A DNA stretch of 25,467 nt, taken from NCBI GenBank assembly GCA_965223505.1, contig CBDCWP010000015.1:1-25467 (forward strand), given 5' to 3'. Source of the DNA: Planctomycetota bacterium. GTDB taxonomy: Bacteria; Planctomycetota; PLA2; JAEUHO01. The translations under genes were made by a program, and so were the position numbers. The notes under the pieces are model-generated. The model was not told the DNA's origin, did no database searches, and worked only from the letters and a program-made list of their open reading frames with translations. Below, in pieces: positions 24,382 to 25,467 of this stretch (position 1 is the stretch's first letter; each line of letters starts with the position of its first letter).

Positions 24382-24849
24382 ATGAACACCACGAGCACCG
24401 CTCACCGCTGCGAACGCGGCTTCATTCCCTTCCCACTCGTCATCGTGATCGCCACGACGCTCGGCGTGCTGGCCGCCTTCCTCATTCCCGCCGTGCAGGC
24501 GGCGAGGGAAACCGCGACCCGCATGGAGGCGTCGAACAATCTGAAGCAGATCGGCCTGGCCATCCACAACCACGCCGACGCGACCAAGCTGGAGGCGGAG
24601 GCCGTCCAGCGCCTCCTCGTGGACGCCCTGCGAACAGGCAACCTGGACCGCGAAGCGCTTCGCCGTCGGCACGCGCGGTTGAACGAGCTTCGAGAGCGTC
24701 AAGGAGAGCTGCTTCGAGAGATGCGCCGGATGCGCGGCAGCATCCGGGATCCGCGCGAGCGCGGGCTGCTGGAGGACGGCATCGACGCGCTCGCCGCGCT
24801 GGAGCGGCACACCCGCACGGTCGTCATCGGTCTGCAGATCATGTTCTGA
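24382..24849 (+). CDS. Pilin-like protein with a planctomycete DUF1559-type N-terminus and an atypical short helical C-terminus
   Basis: RGF-hydrophobic helix-LIPAVQAARETATRMEASNNLKQIGLAIHNHAD; GAGAGG RBS. Confidence 0.8.
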   Translation: MNTTSTAHRCERGFIPFPLVIVIATTLGVLAAFLIPAVQAARETATRMEASNNLKQIGLAIHNHADATKLEAEAVQRLLVDALRTGNLDREALRRRHARLNELRERQGELLREMRRMRGSIRDPRERGLLEDGIDALAALERHTRTVVIGLQIMF

Positions 24850-24854
24850 GGGCG

Positions 24855-24882
24855 GATAACACCGCGCCATCCGGCGCGTCCT
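24855..24882 (+). promoter_or_regulatory. Putative ECF promoter GATAAC-N16-CGTCCT driving a leaderless lipoprotein gene
   Basis: AAC-type -35 at 24855-24860, CGTC -10 at 24877-24880, ATG at 24890, no SD sequence. Confidence 0.45.
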
Positions 24883-24889
24883 ACCCGAC

Positions 24890-25467
24890 ATGCAACCGCT
24901 CGTTCGGACCGCTTGGCTCGTCGTCGCCGTCTGTTTCGTCACCGCCTGTGGAGATGCGCCACCTGCGCCGGTGATACCGGACGACCCTGCGCAATACCTG
25001 CCGATGGAAGAGGGCAGGTCGTGGAGCTACCGCGTCGAGGCAAGCAAGCGCTCATGGCCGCTTTCGATGCGCAGGTACGGTGGCGACGTCCGCCAGGTCG
25101 ATGGAGAGCGGGTGCCCTACGAGTTCACCTACGGCCGGCCCGACGACACGAACGAGGACCGCGCGAAGAGCATCTACGCCGCGCCGCCAACCGGCCTGCA
25201 GGAATTCTACGTCGACGGGTATCGCGTCTCCATCCAGCACCAACCGCCGGTTGCGCTGCTGCCCGAAGCCCGCGTCGGCGTCTCGTGGCGCTGGAAAGGG
25301 ACGCTCAGCGTGAACCGCGAGGAGTCCGACCTGACCACGAAGCTGCGTGTCGTCGCCCGTGAACGGATCACGGTCCCGGCCGGTACGTTGGAAGCGCTGC
25401 GCGTGGAGGAGCGCTCGGACGACGGCGCCGTACGGATCACGCGTTGGTTCGTCAAGGGCGTCGGCAT
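24890..25467 (+). CDS. Lipoprotein with a DUF3108/TapB-like beta domain; 3'-truncated and absent from the ORF track
   Basis: Manual translation MQPLVRTAWLVVAVCFVTACGDAPP...YLPMEEGRSWSY...ERITVPAGTLEALRVEE...TRWFVKGVG, open to the window end; lipobox VTAC. Confidence 0.8.
   Translation, partial: MQPLVRTAWLVVAVCFVTACGDAPPAPVIPDDPAQYLPMEEGRSWSYRVEASKRSWPLSMRRYGGDVRQVDGERVPYEFTYGRPDDTNEDRAKSIYAAPPTGLQEFYVDGYRVSIQHQPPVALLPEARVGVSWRWKGTLSVNREESDLTTKLRVVARERITVPAGTLEALRVEERSDDGAVRITRWFVKGVG

Noticed and set aside
1..25467. CRISPR arrays, tRNA, rRNA or tmRNA genes
   Set aside because: No regularly spaced repeats, cloverleaf/T-loop arrangement or rRNA-like segments seen on either strand.

Overview
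A GC-rich (about 70% in most coding stretches), gene-dense bacterial chromosomal window, most likely from a Planctomycetota genome. This rests on a DUF1559-type 'PAVQAARE...NNLKQIGLAIHN' pilin-like gene, a planctomycete-style Ser/Thr kinase N-terminus, many HEAT-repeat exported proteins and three ECF sigma factors. I see about 26 genes, mostly regulatory or exported, and no rRNA, tRNA, CRISPR array or transposase. The main points are: (i) a SigZ-family module with an exported 12-Cys metallothionein-like peptide, an ArsN1/PAT-like GNAT and a divergent ArsM-like methyltransferase lacking the canonical Cys, whose 5' UTR can form an H-type pseudoknot next to the RBS; (ii) a lower-GC three-gene island (about 15.7-18.8 kb) encoding a small beta-rich protein, a TPR-like protein and a protein with tandem TIR/nucleoside-deoxyribosyltransferase-like domains, a candidate defence system whose genes the ORF track splits because of four +1 frameshifts; (iii) an ECF/FecR-HEAT anti-sigma locus whose promoter motif (TGAACC-N16-GCATT) occurs twice; (iv) a hairpin-rich orphan intergenic region that may be an ncRNA; and (v) several degenerate homologues, including a Cu/Zn-SOD-like fold without metal-ligand His and a truncated DUF1559 pilin. 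All family calls come from motif recognition by eye, not database searches.
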